Origin: an uncultured cyanobacterium
GTDB taxonomy: Bacteria; Cyanobacteriota; Cyanobacteriia; Cyanobacteriales; CAWUOF01
DNA length: 64,000 nt
Assembly (NCBI GenBank): GCA_963744145.1
Contig: CAVUSO010000001.1
Span: forward strand, 1,934,831-1,998,830
Direction of reading: 5' to 3'
Below the pieces are notes generated by a model. It was not told the DNA's origin and searched no databases. It was given only the letters and a program-made list of their open reading frames with translations. Shown here in pieces: positions 47,401-58,764 of the stretch. The number at the start of each line of letters is the position of its first letter. Position 1 is the first letter of the stretch. Made by a program: the position numbers and the translations under genes.

Positions 47401-49338
47401 TTAATTGATTAACTGATCAAATTCAAAACTATGGACAGTTCGACCGAGAACATTAGACAAAGTTTTTAACAAATTTATGCCTGTATAAGGTTTTTGTAAA
47501 AAAGCTTGGAGATCAACATGATGTGATTGGGCGATCGCAATACTAGGAGCAACTCCACTCGCAGCAATAATTTTTACCAAGCAATTAATTTTTCGCAAGG
47601 CTCGAATGGTCGCGTTCCCATCCATAATCGGCATTTTCATATCCACAATTACCACCTGAATTTCGGTCCGATACTGCACATATAAAGCGATCGCTTCTGT
47701 CCCATCTTCAGCTGTTAAAACCCGATAGCCATATTTTTCTAAAGTTTCTTTAGTCACCTCAAGGATCGAGACTTCATCATCAACTACTAGAATTAATTCT
47801 CCCGTTCCTAAAAACATTGGTTCGATGTGAGCATGAGTTAAATTAAGCTGATTTGTCAACTGAGCTGGGAAGTAAACCTTAAAAGTTGTCCCCATCCCAG
47901 GATCACTAGATACATGAATAACTCCACCGTGACTTTTCACAATCCCCATCACAGTAGAAAGACCTAAACCAGTGCCTTGATCAACTGGTTTAGTCGTAAA
48001 AAATGGTTCAAAAATTTTATCTATTAATTCGGGAGGGATACAGCCACCCAGATCAGAAACTGAAAGTAATACATAGTGTCCTGGTTTAGCAGTAGAGCTG
48101 ATCCCAGGACAATCTTGATCGAGATAAATATTTTCAGCTTTAATAGTTAAAATCCCACCATTAGGCATAGCATCACGAGCATTAACACACAAATTTAACA
48201 AGACTTGCTGTAATTGAGTAGCATCTCCAGAAATTAGCCAAAGTTCTCTTTTGATATCAACAACTATTTCAATCGATTTGGGAAAAGTATGTTTAGCCAT
48301 CTGCACTATTTCGCGAATCAGATGGTTAATTTGAATATCGGCTTTTTGTCCTTCTAATCCTCTGGCAAAAGCCAACACCTGTTTAACAATATCTACTCCT
48401 TGTTGAGCGCTACATTCAAGGGTATTGATCAGATTTTGACTAGCCGGATCGGGTAATTTCATTTTCAATAGTTCTAACCCCATCAGAATCGGAGAAAGCA
48501 CATTATTTAAATCATGAGCGATCCCACCAGCTAGAGTGCCAATACTTTCTAATCGCTGGGTCCGCAGAAATTGAGCTTCAATCAGTTTTTTCTCAGTAAT
48601 ATCTGTATTGATGACCAAAATAGACTTGGGCTTGCCCCGATGATCCAGTAACAATTTCCACCGACTTTCTACAATAATAGCTTTTTTAGATTTAGTAATC
48701 TGATGCCATTCACCCTGCCATTCACCCTTTTCTTTGAGAGTCAATTGGATTGATTGATATTCCGGCGGGATCATGGCAAATAGTAGTGTTGCTGCTTGCC
48801 AACCAAAAGCTTCGATCGCTGTCCAGCCATACAAACGTTCGGCACTTTTATTCCAGTAGGAAATCTGATCTTTGAGGTTTAAAACTAGAATCGCATCTTG
48901 AGCAACATCAAGCAAAGCCGCTTTTTCTCGTAGTTCTTCTTCTGCTAATCTACTTTCTCTTCTCAGAGTCGCTTCCCGTAATTCTCTTTCGACCGCAGGC
49001 ACTAGTCGTGCTAAATTGCCTTTCATCAGATAATCATGGGCACCTGCTTTCATGGCTGCTACTGCCATTTCTTCGTTAATTGTACCTGAGACAATCAAAA
49101 ATGGCAGGTCAACCCCAATTTCTTTCAGCAGTTGTAAAGCTGCAATCCCACTGAAGTGGGGGAGGGAATAATCAGAAATAATTACATCCCAGGGCTGTTG
49201 TAAAAGAGCAGCTTCCATTGCATCGGCAGTTTCGACTCGTTGAGAATTCGGCTCATAGCCTCCACGTCGTAGTTCACGTAGAAGCAATAAAGCGTCATTT
49301 TCTGAATCTTCGATTATTAAAGTGCGTAACTGGATCAC
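47401..49338 (-). CDS. hybrid sensor histidine kinase (REC-PAS-HisKA-HATPase-REC)
   Basis: N-terminal receiver (LIIEDSENDA...ISDYSLPHFSG). H-box LAGGIAHDLNNVLS. HATPase G-boxes (DQGTGLGL). C-terminal receiver (LVVDDEVS...VDMKMPIMDG). Confidence 0.85.
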   Translation of the reverse strand: MIQLRTLIIEDSENDALLLLRELRRGGYEPNSQRVETADAMEAALLQQPWDVIISDYSLPHFSGIAALQLLKEIGVDLPFLIVSGTINEEMAVAAMKAGAHDYLMKGNLARLVPAVERELREATLRRESRLAEEELREKAALLDVAQDAILVLNLKDQISYWNKSAERLYGWTAIEAFGWQAATLLFAMIPPEYQSIQLTLKEKGEWQGEWHQITKSKKAIIVESRWKLLLDHRGKPKSILVINTDITEKKLIEAQFLRTQRLESIGTLAGGIAHDLNNVLSPILMGLELLKMKLPDPASQNLINTLECSAQQGVDIVKQVLAFARGLEGQKADIQINHLIREIVQMAKHTFPKSIEIVVDIKRELWLISGDATQLQQVLLNLCVNARDAMPNGGILTIKAENIYLDQDCPGISSTAKPGHYVLLSVSDLGGCIPPELIDKIFEPFFTTKPVDQGTGLGLSTVMGIVKSHGGVIHVSSDPGMGTTFKVYFPAQLTNQLNLTHAHIEPMFLGTGELILVVDDEVSILEVTKETLEKYGYRVLTAEDGTEAIALYVQYRTEIQVVIVDMKMPIMDGNATIRALRKINCLVKIIAASGVAPSIAIAQSHHVDLQAFLQKPYTGINLLKTLSNVLGRTVHSFEFDQLIN

Positions 49339-49459
49339 AATAGTTGAAAAAAAATTATTTAATGACTATAATCAATTTAAGCATGGTTTTTTTTAACAAA
49401 TGTTTAAATTAATCTAATCTTGTTGAAAGTATTACATAGTTTTGGTACGATCGTCTGCT

Positions 49460-49915
49460 TTATGTCTGATCAGAAGAATTAATCGGGGGAGACTCGTTAA
49501 AACGAAGCCAATATAAGCCTAATTTTTCAATTACCTCCGTAAATTCCAGGAAGTTGACAGGTTTGCGAATATAGCTATTACACCCAAAGTCATAACCAGC
49601 GATTAAATCGGTCTTTTCGATGGAGGTAGTCAGCATGACGACTGGGACAAGCTTGGTATTTTGGTGAGCCCGGATTTGCTTTAAAACTTCTAACCCGTTG
49701 AGTTTGGGAAGTTTTAAGTCCAGCAGAATTAATTTTGGAATAATTTGGGGATCGCGATCATGATAATTACCCCGAGCAAATAAATAATCTAATGCTTCCA
49801 CCCCATCCCGGACGACGATCACTTGATGGGCAATTTTACATCTTCTCAGCGCTCGCAGAGTTAGTGCTTCGTCATCACGATTATCTTCTACTAAAAGAAT
49901 AAGTTTATTATCCAT
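49460..49915 (-). CDS. single-domain response regulator (CheY-like receiver)
   Basis: ILLVEDNRDDEAL...LILLDLKLPKLNGLEVL...SYIRKP. Confidence 0.85.
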   Translation of the reverse strand: MDNKLILLVEDNRDDEALTLRALRRCKIAHQVIVVRDGVEALDYLFARGNYHDRDPQIIPKLILLDLKLPKLNGLEVLKQIRAHQNTKLVPVVMLTTSIEKTDLIAGYDFGCNSYIRKPVNFLEFTEVIEKLGLYWLRFNESPPINSSDQT

Positions 49916-49986
49916 TTATATCAGGATGGGTAATTATCATGAATATCTTTATTATATGCAGTACCGACCTGAAAATTTTTGCTAGC

Positions 49987-52440
49987 TTAAGTATGATTTG
50001 ACCGGGGGATGAGAGAAGATATGGTAAAATAAAATGTAGCACCTTGTTCAATCGCACCTTCGGCCCATACTTGACCCCCATGTCGATGAATAATCCGCTG
50101 CACGGTTGCTAATCCGATTCCAGTCCCTTCAAATTCTTGCATCCCATGTAAGCGTTGAAAAACACCAAATAATTTATCAACATAAGCCATATCAAATCCA
50201 GCTCCATCGTCACGCACAAAATAAGTGAGTTGAGCGGAATTATTTTTGACACAAGCACCAAATTCGATCTGAGCATGAGGATGTTTAGAGGTGTATTTCC
50301 AAGCATTTCCCAATAAGTTTTCTAAAACTACTCGCAATAGTCTTCCATCTCCAGTGGCAAAAATTTCGGGATGGATGATAAATTCTACTTGTCGATCGCT
50401 ATGATTTTGCTGTAAATAAGTAGCAATTTCGGTAGCAATTACACTTAAATCGACCTGTTCTTGTTTAATTTCACCACGACTGATGCGAGAAAATTCTAAT
50501 AAATCATCTATTAATTCTCCCATTCTTTGGGCGGCACTTCTCACCCGTTGTAAATAATCTTTGCCAAATTCATCCAGTTGATCTTCATAATCTTCTAGTA
50601 ATGCTTGACTAAATCCATCAATACTCCGTAATGGCGATCGCAAATCGTGGGAAACGGAATAGGAAAAAGATTCTAATTCCTGATTAGCTGCTTCTAATTG
50701 CTTAGTGCGTTCAATTACCCGCTGTTCTAATTCAGCATTCAAATGGCGAATTTCTAATTCTGCTTGCATTCTGCGCTCAATTTCCTGAGTTAATGTAGCA
50801 TTAGATTTAGCCAGTTCAACGGTTCTCTTTTCAACGCGGATTTCTAACTCATCATTAGCTTTTTTTAACGCTAATTCTGCTTGCTTACGTTCAGTTAGAT
50901 CCCTTGCTATACCCGCAATTCCAATAATTTCACCATCTTGATTATAAATAGGTGTTTTAATTGTTTCAATCCAGATCGTTTCTCCTGATGCTTTGACAAA
51001 AGGTTCTTCAAACCGCTTCCGAGTCTTGGTTCTAATTACTTCTAAATCATCTGCTCGATATTTTTCGGCTAATTCTAAAGGTGCAATATCAAAATCGGTT
51101 TTACCAATTAATTCTTCCAGACTGGTAGCATTAACTGATTTGACTAAGCATTCATTCACCGCAATAAATTTACTTTCAGGATCTTTTAACCAAGCCATAT
51201 CTGGGATATTATTAAAAATCGCTTTAGTTAAATGATCACTCTCTTGCAAAGCAATTTCGATTAACTTGCGCTGGGTAATATCCGTTGAAGTACCCGTGAT
51301 CCGATAAGGTTTATTATCAACATCCCAAATCGCATTACCACGAGCAAGAAACCAACGGATCTCACCATTTCTATGCACCATCCGATATTCACTTTCGTAA
51401 TTAGCTGTATGACCTTGGAGATGTTCTGCTAATTCTGTCCTCATTTTTAGAACATCATCCTTATATACTAAAGCATACCAATCATCCGGGTTATTAGCAA
51501 TGTCATAATCAGAATATCCCAGCATGGCTTTTAAGATAAAATCTAGATAAATTTCATTTGTTTCTAAGTTCCAATCCCAGACTCCCACATTACCAGCACT
51601 GACAGCTAGAGCATATCTTTCTTGACTAATTTTTAGCTGTTCTTCTACTTGTTTGCGTAAACGTAATTCACTGCTAGCATCACTAATATTAATCGCTACA
51701 CCGTGCCAAATTACATCTCCACAGTCTAATCTTTCTGGTTGAGCAATCCATTGAATCCATTCCGTCTCCCCAGATTGTTTGACAACCCTTCCTTCCCATC
51801 TCCAAGGTTCTAATCTAGTTGCACTTGCTTCTAATTCATTAACTAAACTATGACGATCATCTCGATGAACCATTTTTAGAATCGGCACCTGACTATCGGG
51901 TTGAATTTCCCCTGATTCTAACTCAAATAATTTGCTACCACCCGAACTAATAAATGGAAAAGAAAAATCCCCATTAGGTTGCATTAAAAATTGAAAAACC
52001 ATCCCCGGTAAACTATCTACAGCTTTGGCTAATCTGGTGGTATTTTTTTCAATTTCAGCAGCAGCGATCGCTGATTTTACAGTTAATGGTAAAACCTTTA
52101 GATAATTAAGCTCTGCATCTTTCTTCAGATAATCTTTTGCTCCCATTTTCATAGCTTTGACAGCTATTTCTTCACTACCTTTATTAGTTAATATTATTAC
52201 AGGAATGTCAATTTTTACCTGGAAAATATCAAAAATATTACCATCGCTCAATCGATATTCAGAAATAATTAGGTCAAAGCTATTAAGAGATGAAATTTGG
52301 TTATATTCAGCAATAGATCTAATTATTTGGTAATCATAATTTAGATTTATTTCTTTTACCTGATGCTGAAAAGCAAGTTGGTAAAATTGGTCATCTTCAA
52401 TCAGCAAAATTTTGTAAACAGCTTTCATCTGATCATCCAA
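49987..52440 (-). CDS. multi-PAS sensor histidine kinase with N-terminal receiver
   Basis: Receiver (ILLIEDDQF...[10 protein letters not shown]). Several PAS/PAC blocks. H-box [11 protein letters not shown]. HATPase ([17 protein letters not shown]). Confidence 0.85.
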   Translation of the reverse strand: MDDQMKAVYKILLIEDDQFYQLAFQHQVKEINLNYDYQIIRSIAEYNQISSLNSFDLIISEYRLSDGNIFDIFQVKIDIPVIILTNKGSEEIAVKAMKMGAKDYLKKDAELNYLKVLPLTVKSAIAAAEIEKNTTRLAKAVDSLPGMVFQFLMQPNGDFSFPFISSGGSKLFELESGEIQPDSQVPILKMVHRDDRHSLVNELEASATRLEPWRWEGRVVKQSGETEWIQWIAQPERLDCGDVIWHGVAINISDASSELRLRKQVEEQLKISQERYALAVSAGNVGVWDWNLETNEIYLDFILKAMLGYSDYDIANNPDDWYALVYKDDVLKMRTELAEHLQGHTANYESEYRMVHRNGEIRWFLARGNAIWDVDNKPYRITGTSTDITQRKLIEIALQESDHLTKAIFNNIPDMAWLKDPESKFIAVNECLVKSVNATSLEELIGKTDFDIAPLELAEKYRADDLEVIRTKTRKRFEEPFVKASGETIWIETIKTPIYNQDGEIIGIAGIARDLTERKQAELALKKANDELEIRVEKRTVELAKSNATLTQEIERRMQAELEIRHLNAELEQRVIERTKQLEAANQELESFSYSVSHDLRSPLRSIDGFSQALLEDYEDQLDEFGKDYLQRVRSAAQRMGELIDDLLEFSRISRGEIKQEQVDLSVIATEIATYLQQNHSDRQVEFIIHPEIFATGDGRLLRVVLENLLGNAWKYTSKHPHAQIEFGACVKNNSAQLTYFVRDDGAGFDMAYVDKLFGVFQRLHGMQEFEGTGIGLATVQRIIHRHGGQVWAEGAIEQGATFYFTISSLIPRSNHT

Positions 52441-52545
52441 TCCTTGATAATTTGTGCTGACAAATTATTAGGGGCATAGACTAAAAATTGGTTAATTTAT
52501 ATAAAGGCAATTATTCTGTCTAGATGCACCCTAAATATGGCGGAG

Positions 52546-53406
52546 CTATTGAGGATAAATAGCACTATATAGTGCGGCGTAATCTGCGTCAGAAAATCCC
52601 AACTCATTCGTGATTTCTAAGATTTGACGAACTCCCTCTAAACTGTTGGTATTTAAGCCATTTGAATTAGCCTCAGCTAGAAATAAGTTGGTATCTTTGA
52701 GCAAATGTTTAGTCGGAAAATTAGGATTATTATAATCTCGCTGAATCATGCGTGGCAACTTTTTGTCAAAAGTAGGAGCATAAAGGGCACTTTGGCGCAA
52801 AATTTGCATAAAAGTGTCTACTTCTAGTCCTTGTTGTTCAACAAAACTCAAGCTTAGAGCAAAAGCAGTTGTCAAGGAACTAATTAGTTGATTGAGAGCT
52901 AGTTTAACACTAGCAGCCAATCCAACCGGACCAATTAAACGTGGTTCTGGTCCAAAATTTTGCAGCAAACTAGACCATTTTTGAAATTGGACAGGGTCAG
53001 CTCCCACCATCACCATTAATTTTCCTGATGTTGCTTCGGGAATACTCCCTAACACAGGTGCTTCTAAATACTCACCTCCAAGAGCGACAATTTCAGCCAA
53101 GAGCGCTCGACTTTGGGTAGGAGAAATAGTCCCCATTTGAATAATAGTGCGATTTCTCAGCTTTAGTTTAGCATGATCTGACAATAAAGTTTCTGCGATC
53201 GCCTGAGCATCTTGTAGCATCAGAATGATACAATCAGATTGCTCAATCATCTCTACCCCAGAAGCAGCAACAATTGCCCCAGCACTTTGTAAAGATTCTA
53301 GTTTAGAGCGGGTACGATTGTAGACAATCACCGGTAATTGAGCTGACAAAAGTCTTCTCACCATTGGCTGTCCCATCAGTCCTGTACCTAAAAATCCTAT
53401 GTTCAC
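52546..53406 (-). CDS. NAD(P)-dependent oxidoreductase, 3-hydroxyisobutyrate/6-phosphogluconate dehydrogenase-like family
   Basis: N-terminal Rossmann MNIGFLGTGLMGQPMVRRLL. About 286 aa. Confidence 0.75.
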   Translation of the reverse strand: MNIGFLGTGLMGQPMVRRLLSAQLPVIVYNRTRSKLESLQSAGAIVAASGVEMIEQSDCIILMLQDAQAIAETLLSDHAKLKLRNRTIIQMGTISPTQSRALLAEIVALGGEYLEAPVLGSIPEATSGKLMVMVGADPVQFQKWSSLLQNFGPEPRLIGPVGLAASVKLALNQLISSLTTAFALSLSFVEQQGLEVDTFMQILRQSALYAPTFDKKLPRMIQRDYNNPNFPTKHLLKDTNLFLAEANSNGLNTNSLEGVRQILEITNELGFSDADYAALYSAIYPQ

Positions 53407-53464
53407 GCTTCATCCTGACCAAATAACGACAACTAGCAAATATGCTTAAATCTTGCTTTTCTAG

Positions 53465-54736
53465 ATGATAATCGATCAGGGGGGAAAAAATAATCCTGAT
53501 CTACCGGATAAATTTTTTCAAGGAGAAATAATGATGAATCTTGAACAAATTGATCAATTGCTAGCTGACTGGCAACATAAAATCAACCTAATTAGTCAAA
53601 ATCTGATCGATTTACAAGCATTTCCAACCTACCAAAGACTATCTGGTGATCCTGGTTATCCTCTGCTCCAATTAAAGGGAGTAACCCAAGCCAGAGTAAA
53701 TCCAGCATTACAGAGCATGAATGAATTATTTCAACATTTTGATTTATTGTTAAATACACTTAATCAAGCCACTGATTTAAGAAAGCAAATCCTAAGATTT
53801 TTAGGTTCAGAATCCAAAATTAGAGAAATTGAAAAGATTTTAAAATCACCATCAATTAAATTACCAGCTGTCCAAATTCCCCTAGCAATGAGACATTTAC
53901 TGAGTGCGACAGAAACGGTTAATGCGATCGCTCCGGAACAGTTACTGATGGAAATGATCAAAGCATTTCAAATTGCTAAAGATGCTGTATTAGCAGTTGA
54001 TAGTGCTTGGTCAACTTTAGAAGAAAAACTAGCCCAAGCTGAACTGGAAGTTAGCACCCTGCAAAAATTAGCCAAATCTTTGGGTGTAAATATAGAAAAT
54101 GAATTATTGATCACCAGACAAAAGATTGATTGTTTACGCGATCGCATTGATACTGATCCCCTAGGAGTTAGTGCCGATTTCGACCAAGAGATTCGAGCGA
54201 CACTTGCCCAAATAAAAACTAATCTCGAAAATTTAGTCAAACAACAAAACCAGATTAAAGATAACTTAGCGATCGCCCATAATCTGTTCAATCAGTTAAC
54301 TCAAATTCACCACCAAGCTGAAATAGCTTTTCAAGAAAGTTATGAAAAAATCCTGGAACAGTCTCATTTACAGAGTCCTCTACCGATCGCCCAAATTGAC
54401 GCATTAGGTCAATGGTTAAGTAGACTAGAAACTAAATTTTCTGAAGGTATATTAAATCCGGTTAGCGTTGGATTAGCAAACTGGATGATTAAAGCTCAGG
54501 AATATATTACTATAGAAAATAAAGCTTATACTGCCAATAATGCTCCTTTAGCAACTAGAAAAGAGTTAAGGGGAAGACTCGAAGCACTGAAAGTGAAAGC
54601 AGTAGCAAGGGGTTTAGCAGAAGATCCGACTATTGCGGAATTAGCTGAAAATGCTAAACAGCTTTTATATACAAGTCCGACACCTTTAGATCAAGCATTA
54701 GATTTGGTATCGCGATATGAAAAAAAAATTAAATAG
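53465..54736 (+). CDS. hypothetical coiled-coil protein
   Basis: Long helical/heptad-like sequence. No catalytic motifs. Probable start at MMNLEQ (about 53531). Confidence 0.4.
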   Translation: MIIDQGGKNNPDLPDKFFQGEIMMNLEQIDQLLADWQHKINLISQNLIDLQAFPTYQRLSGDPGYPLLQLKGVTQARVNPALQSMNELFQHFDLLLNTLNQATDLRKQILRFLGSESKIREIEKILKSPSIKLPAVQIPLAMRHLLSATETVNAIAPEQLLMEMIKAFQIAKDAVLAVDSAWSTLEEKLAQAELEVSTLQKLAKSLGVNIENELLITRQKIDCLRDRIDTDPLGVSADFDQEIRATLAQIKTNLENLVKQQNQIKDNLAIAHNLFNQLTQIHHQAEIAFQESYEKILEQSHLQSPLPIAQIDALGQWLSRLETKFSEGILNPVSVGLANWMIKAQEYITIENKAYTANNAPLATRKELRGRLEALKVKAVARGLAEDPTIAELAENAKQLLYTSPTPLDQALDLVSRYEKKIK

Positions 54737-54761
54737 TTAATCCTAATTTACTCGGTCAGAT

Positions 54762-54965
54762 CCATTGATGAGATTGATCTGTGGGTGGGGGTGGGTTTTT
54801 ATAATTAGTGGGTAAATTGCCAAAATCCGGGTGAACCCACCCCTACAATAATCGGCAAATTGAGGATAAAATTGATGGAAAAATATGTGATTAAATTGGT
54901 AGGGAGAGGTTCACCAATAAATTTGTTACCAACAGATAACGATCATAAACCTGTCCCGTTCTCCC
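54762..54965 (+). repeat. MITE-like dispersed repeat, divergent copy
   Basis: gatctgtgggtgggggtgggttt...ccgggtgaacccacccctacaa...gaggataaaattgatgg...gagaggttcaccaataaattt...cagataacgatcataaacctgtccc. Confidence 0.65.
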
Positions 54966-54993
54966 AAATCAAACTAATTTAAAGGAGTGTTCC

Positions 54994-57171
54994 ATGAACT
55001 CAGAAAAATGTCAAAGACCAGGATGTAACGGTATCATAGAAGATGATTACTGCAATATTTGTGGACTTGCAGCACTAAAAAAGTCAGACATAAATACCTC
55101 TTCACCAAGTAGAGCAACTAAACCAAGCGATCGGATTACGACCGGTACAGGTTCCTCACCCCTCACCAATCGTTCTTCTAAAGGTTCTCGACGTACCAGT
55201 ACCTCAGCTAGAAGTAGTCGTAAACAACTCGGTGCTGGACTGGTATCAATTCCAGAATTACCTTCAACCGAACCAGAAAAAGCGATTATGCTAGAAGCAA
55301 AAGTGCCAGAAAATAAGCGCTTTTGCTCAAATTGTGAAAACCCCCTGAAACGAGAACAGGGATTCTGTAGTAAATGTGGCAAAAAATTTTCTTTTATTGC
55401 TACACTCCATTCTGGTGATTTAATTGCTGGTCAATATGAAGTAAAAGGAGCGATCGCTTATGGAGGATTAGGTTGGATTTATCTTGGGTTTGATCGGACT
55501 TTATCTCGTTATATAGTTCTCAAAGGGTTACTCAATACTGAAGATGCTGCTAGTGCAGCAGTTGCAGTAGCAGAACGCAAATTTCTTGCTGCGGTTAAAC
55601 ACGCTAATATTGTCGGAATTTATAACTTTGTCAATCATGGAAACGAAGGTTTTATCATCATGGAATATGTTGGTGGTAAAACTTTAAAACAAATTCGGAA
55701 AGAACGCGGACCACTACCAGTTACCGAAGCGATCGCTTATATTCACCGAATTTTAGGTGCATTTGCTTATCTCCATTCCTTGGGATTAGTATATTGTGAC
55801 TTTAAACCTGATAACGTGATGCTCGAGGGAAATGATGTCAAATTAATTGATTTAGGTGGTGTGAGACGGATTGATGATTTAGAGGGTGATATTTATGGGA
55901 CAGTTGGTTATAGCGCTCCCGAAGCAGGTGAAGGACCAACTGCAAGTTCTGATTTATTCACGATCGGAAGAACATTAGCTGTTCTGATTGCTGACATTAG
56001 AGGTTTTAGTAAAGAACATCTTTATACTTTACCCAACGCGATTGAAGAACCTGTATTTGCTCAACAAGAATCCTTATATCGATGGTTAATTAAATCCACC
56101 GCTGAAAATCCAGACGATCGCTTTCAATCTGCGGATGAAATGGCTGATCAATTATTAGGAGTATTGCGAGAAATAGTTGCAAAAGAAACAAATACTCCCC
56201 GTCCGAGTGATAGTAATATCTTTGGGGGAGATCTATTATCAATGATCACTAGCAATGATTTTGAACCGATCGCTCCTAGTTATCAACAACTACCTATTCC
56301 CATGATTGACTCAACTGATCCTGGGTTTAATGTAGTAATCAACGCAAGTGCTATTGCTAATCCACACCGACAATTTGAGAGTTTTAAACAAATTGTGCAA
56401 CAATTTCCTACTTCTACTGAGGGAGTTTTACGTCTAGCTAATAGTTTAATTAATCTTGGTGCTTATGATGAAGTAGAAAAAGTTTTAGCGCAAATTGAGG
56501 AAAAAGATCCTTGGGATTGGAGAGTGCTATGGTATCGAGGACGATCATTAATGTCTCAAGGTAAAGCAAAGGAAGCAGAAGCAGCTTTTGATCAGGTTTA
56601 TTTCGATTTACCAGGAGAATTAGCACCAAAATTAGCCCTAGCTTTAGCCGCAGAGTTAGCTCATAATTATCAACTAGCAATTAAAATGTATGATGTGGTA
56701 TCACGGACTAATCCAAGTTTTACTACTGCTGCTTTCGGTTTAGCCCGTTGTTTAAGCGCAATTAGCGATCGCAATGGTGCAGTAAAAGCTTTAGAACGAA
56801 TACCACAAACATCATCTTTATGGGTAAAAGCGCGGGTAGAAATAGCCCGGACTTTAATCGATCGTCAACATCAAACACCGGGAATGGAGGAATTACAAGC
56901 AGCAGCATCAGCAATTGAAGCGATCGCTCTAGAAGGAATGGATCACCATAAACTAACCTTACAGGTTTTAGAAACAGCTTTACATTTAATTTCTTCCCAA
57001 GCATTAGCACCAAATTCCAGGATCTCAATTTTCGGACAACCTCTGCAAGAATTACATCTGAGAAAAGGGTTAGAAAAATCTTTGCGAGCGATGGCACATT
57101 TAACAACTGGAGATGATAAAATTCGGTTAGTGGATCAAGCTAATCAAGTCCGTCCAGTCACCTGGGTTTAA
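54994..57171 (+). CDS. PknG-like Ser/Thr protein kinase: double zinc-ribbon N-terminus, Ser/Thr-rich linker, kinase domain, C-terminal TPR-like domain
   Basis: CQRPGCNG...CNICG and CSNCEN...CSKCG. Kinase motifs CDFKPDNVML and DLGG. TPR-like C-terminal helices. AAAGGAG RBS upstream. Confidence 0.8.
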   Translation: MNSEKCQRPGCNGIIEDDYCNICGLAALKKSDINTSSPSRATKPSDRITTGTGSSPLTNRSSKGSRRTSTSARSSRKQLGAGLVSIPELPSTEPEKAIMLEAKVPENKRFCSNCENPLKREQGFCSKCGKKFSFIATLHSGDLIAGQYEVKGAIAYGGLGWIYLGFDRTLSRYIVLKGLLNTEDAASAAVAVAERKFLAAVKHANIVGIYNFVNHGNEGFIIMEYVGGKTLKQIRKERGPLPVTEAIAYIHRILGAFAYLHSLGLVYCDFKPDNVMLEGNDVKLIDLGGVRRIDDLEGDIYGTVGYSAPEAGEGPTASSDLFTIGRTLAVLIADIRGFSKEHLYTLPNAIEEPVFAQQESLYRWLIKSTAENPDDRFQSADEMADQLLGVLREIVAKETNTPRPSDSNIFGGDLLSMITSNDFEPIAPSYQQLPIPMIDSTDPGFNVVINASAIANPHRQFESFKQIVQQFPTSTEGVLRLANSLINLGAYDEVEKVLAQIEEKDPWDWRVLWYRGRSLMSQGKAKEAEAAFDQVYFDLPGELAPKLALALAAELAHNYQLAIKMYDVVSRTNPSFTTAAFGLARCLSAISDRNGAVKALERIPQTSSLWVKARVEIARTLIDRQHQTPGMEELQAAASAIEAIALEGMDHHKLTLQVLETALHLISSQALAPNSRISIFGQPLQELHLRKGLEKSLRAMAHLTTGDDKIRLVDQANQVRPVTWV

Positions 57172-57198
57172 TCAAACCTATAGTCAAAAATTAATTTT

Positions 57199-58146
57199 AT
57201 GCAATGTCCAAAATGTCATAATTCCGTCCAAATTACCGACCGTTTTTGTGAAGAATGCGGGACAGAACTAATGGTAACTAATTTGAGCAGTGCGATCAGC
57301 AACTGTGAAAAATGTGGTGCAGATGCGGAGCAAATTGATCAGGAAGGATACTGCTCTAATTGTGGATTTCGTCGAGAAGAAAGAGAAACAGATCGGATTG
57401 AAATAAATTGCTCTCCCTGTTTAGCTGGGATCAGCGATCGGGGACTTAGACATCATCATAATCAAGATTATATCGCTGTTCAACATATAGAGCATACGGA
57501 CATATTAGTTGTATGTGATGGAGTTTCCAGTTCCGAATCACCAGAATTAGCAGCAAAAGCTGCTGCTGTAAGTGCTTGTCACAGTTTAGTAACTGCGGTT
57601 GAAAATAATATTCCCTTACCAGCAGCAATCAAACAAGCGATCGCAGCAGCACAAGCAGCAGTATGTGCTGTTCCTTATACCACACCGACAGAAAACTCAC
57701 CATCAACTACCATTGTCGCAGCGATCGTGCAAAATAGTATGGCTGTAATTGGTTGGTTAGGAGATAGTCGTGCTTATTGGATTTCTGACCAAGATTCACA
57801 ACAATTAACCACTGACGACTCTTGGTTAAATGATATGATCGCATCCGGTCAATTGACCGAAGCAGAAGCAATCCAATCAGACAAAGCACACGCAATTACT
57901 CGTTGGTTAGGAGCAGATAATAGCGACACTGAACCATCGATTATTACTTTTCCTTTTGCTAATTCTGGATATTTGTTACTATGTAGTGATGGTCTATGGA
58001 ACTATTTACCTAAATCTGCACAAATTGCTGAACTTGTCAAGCTCAATATCAAATCAGATACCATAACAATTTCGCGCTCGTTAGTTGAATATGCGCGACA
58101 CTGTGGCGGGCATGATAATATTAGTGTGGCGATCGCAAAAGTATAA
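57199..58146 (+). CDS. PP2C-family Ser/Thr phosphatase with N-terminal double zinc ribbon
   Basis: CPKCH...CEECG and CEKCG...CSNCG. PP2C motifs (GISDRGLRHHHNQD, VCDGVSSS, LLCSDGLWN, GGHDNISVA). Confidence 0.8.
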   Translation: MQCPKCHNSVQITDRFCEECGTELMVTNLSSAISNCEKCGADAEQIDQEGYCSNCGFRREERETDRIEINCSPCLAGISDRGLRHHHNQDYIAVQHIEHTDILVVCDGVSSSESPELAAKAAAVSACHSLVTAVENNIPLPAAIKQAIAAAQAAVCAVPYTTPTENSPSTTIVAAIVQNSMAVIGWLGDSRAYWISDQDSQQLTTDDSWLNDMIASGQLTEAEAIQSDKAHAITRWLGADNSDTEPSIITFPFANSGYLLLCSDGLWNYLPKSAQIAELVKLNIKSDTITISRSLVEYARHCGGHDNISVAIAKV

Positions 58147-58149
58147 TAT

Positions 58150-58262
58150 TTGATAAATTGTTGAAGCAAACGTAAATTATCTAGCATCCGAATATAAGCT
58201 TTCACTTGGGGATATTTTTGATTAATTTTCCAGGAGAAACTAGCGATCGCTACTAAATATTT
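58150..58262 (-). repeat. diverged/truncated copy of the about 140 bp peptide-encoding repeat
   Basis: caaacgtaaattatctagcatccgaatataagctttcacttggggatatttttgattaattttccaggagaaactagcgatcgc. Confidence 0.6.
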
Positions 58263-58341
58263 TTGCTCTGATATTTACTCCTCAATAAAAAGTCCATTCT
58301 ATTATCCCAATTCAGGCGATCGCCCTTTTAATCCAACAACA

Positions 58342-58611
58342 CTAACCCCGGATCGGACAAAGACTGAGAGTGGAACAATCAACTTTAATTCTCGGACGCA
58401 GTTCAACTTGAACCAAAGTCTTTAACTCTTCATTTTGTGGTGCTACAAAAAATTCTAATTTGCCGTTAATATAGTCAGTAATTTTAATCATATTCACCAA
58501 TTCAAAACACATAATTCCTATCGTTGCATCGGCTATTTTTAATTGAATTTGAACTGATTCTTGAATAATATTTATTCCCAACTTGAGAGTAACACCTAAC
58601 GAATCTGTCAC
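58342..58611 (-). CDS. hypothetical protein (weak)
   Basis: ORF only. An upstream same-frame segment is separated by TAA. Confidence 0.2.
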   Translation of the reverse strand: MTDSLGVTLKLGINIIQESVQIQLKIADATIGIMCFELVNMIKITDYINGKLEFFVAPQNEELKTLVQVELRPRIKVDCSTLSLCPIRG

Positions 58612-58764
58612 TTCATAACACCAATAACCATCGGACGGTTGAGATTTTTTCGGTTCTTCACAAAATAATTATAGGAAAGCTAGTTCATCAAATCCACCTT
58701 GCAGATTGATTTTTGTCATTTTTTTACCTAAGATATCAGGTCATTTTCCATATATTATAGCACT

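Noticed and set aside
58002-58205. 67 aa ORF beginning MKAYIRMLDNLRLL
   Set aside because: It is created by the diverged repeat copy reading antisense into the 3' end of the PP2C gene, so it is not an independent gene.
58342-58727. Possible longer gene with an in-frame TAA (MTKINLQGGFDELAFL*LFCEEPKK...)
   Set aside because: The upstream segment is only 16 codons with no recognisable domain, which is insufficient evidence for a disrupted gene.
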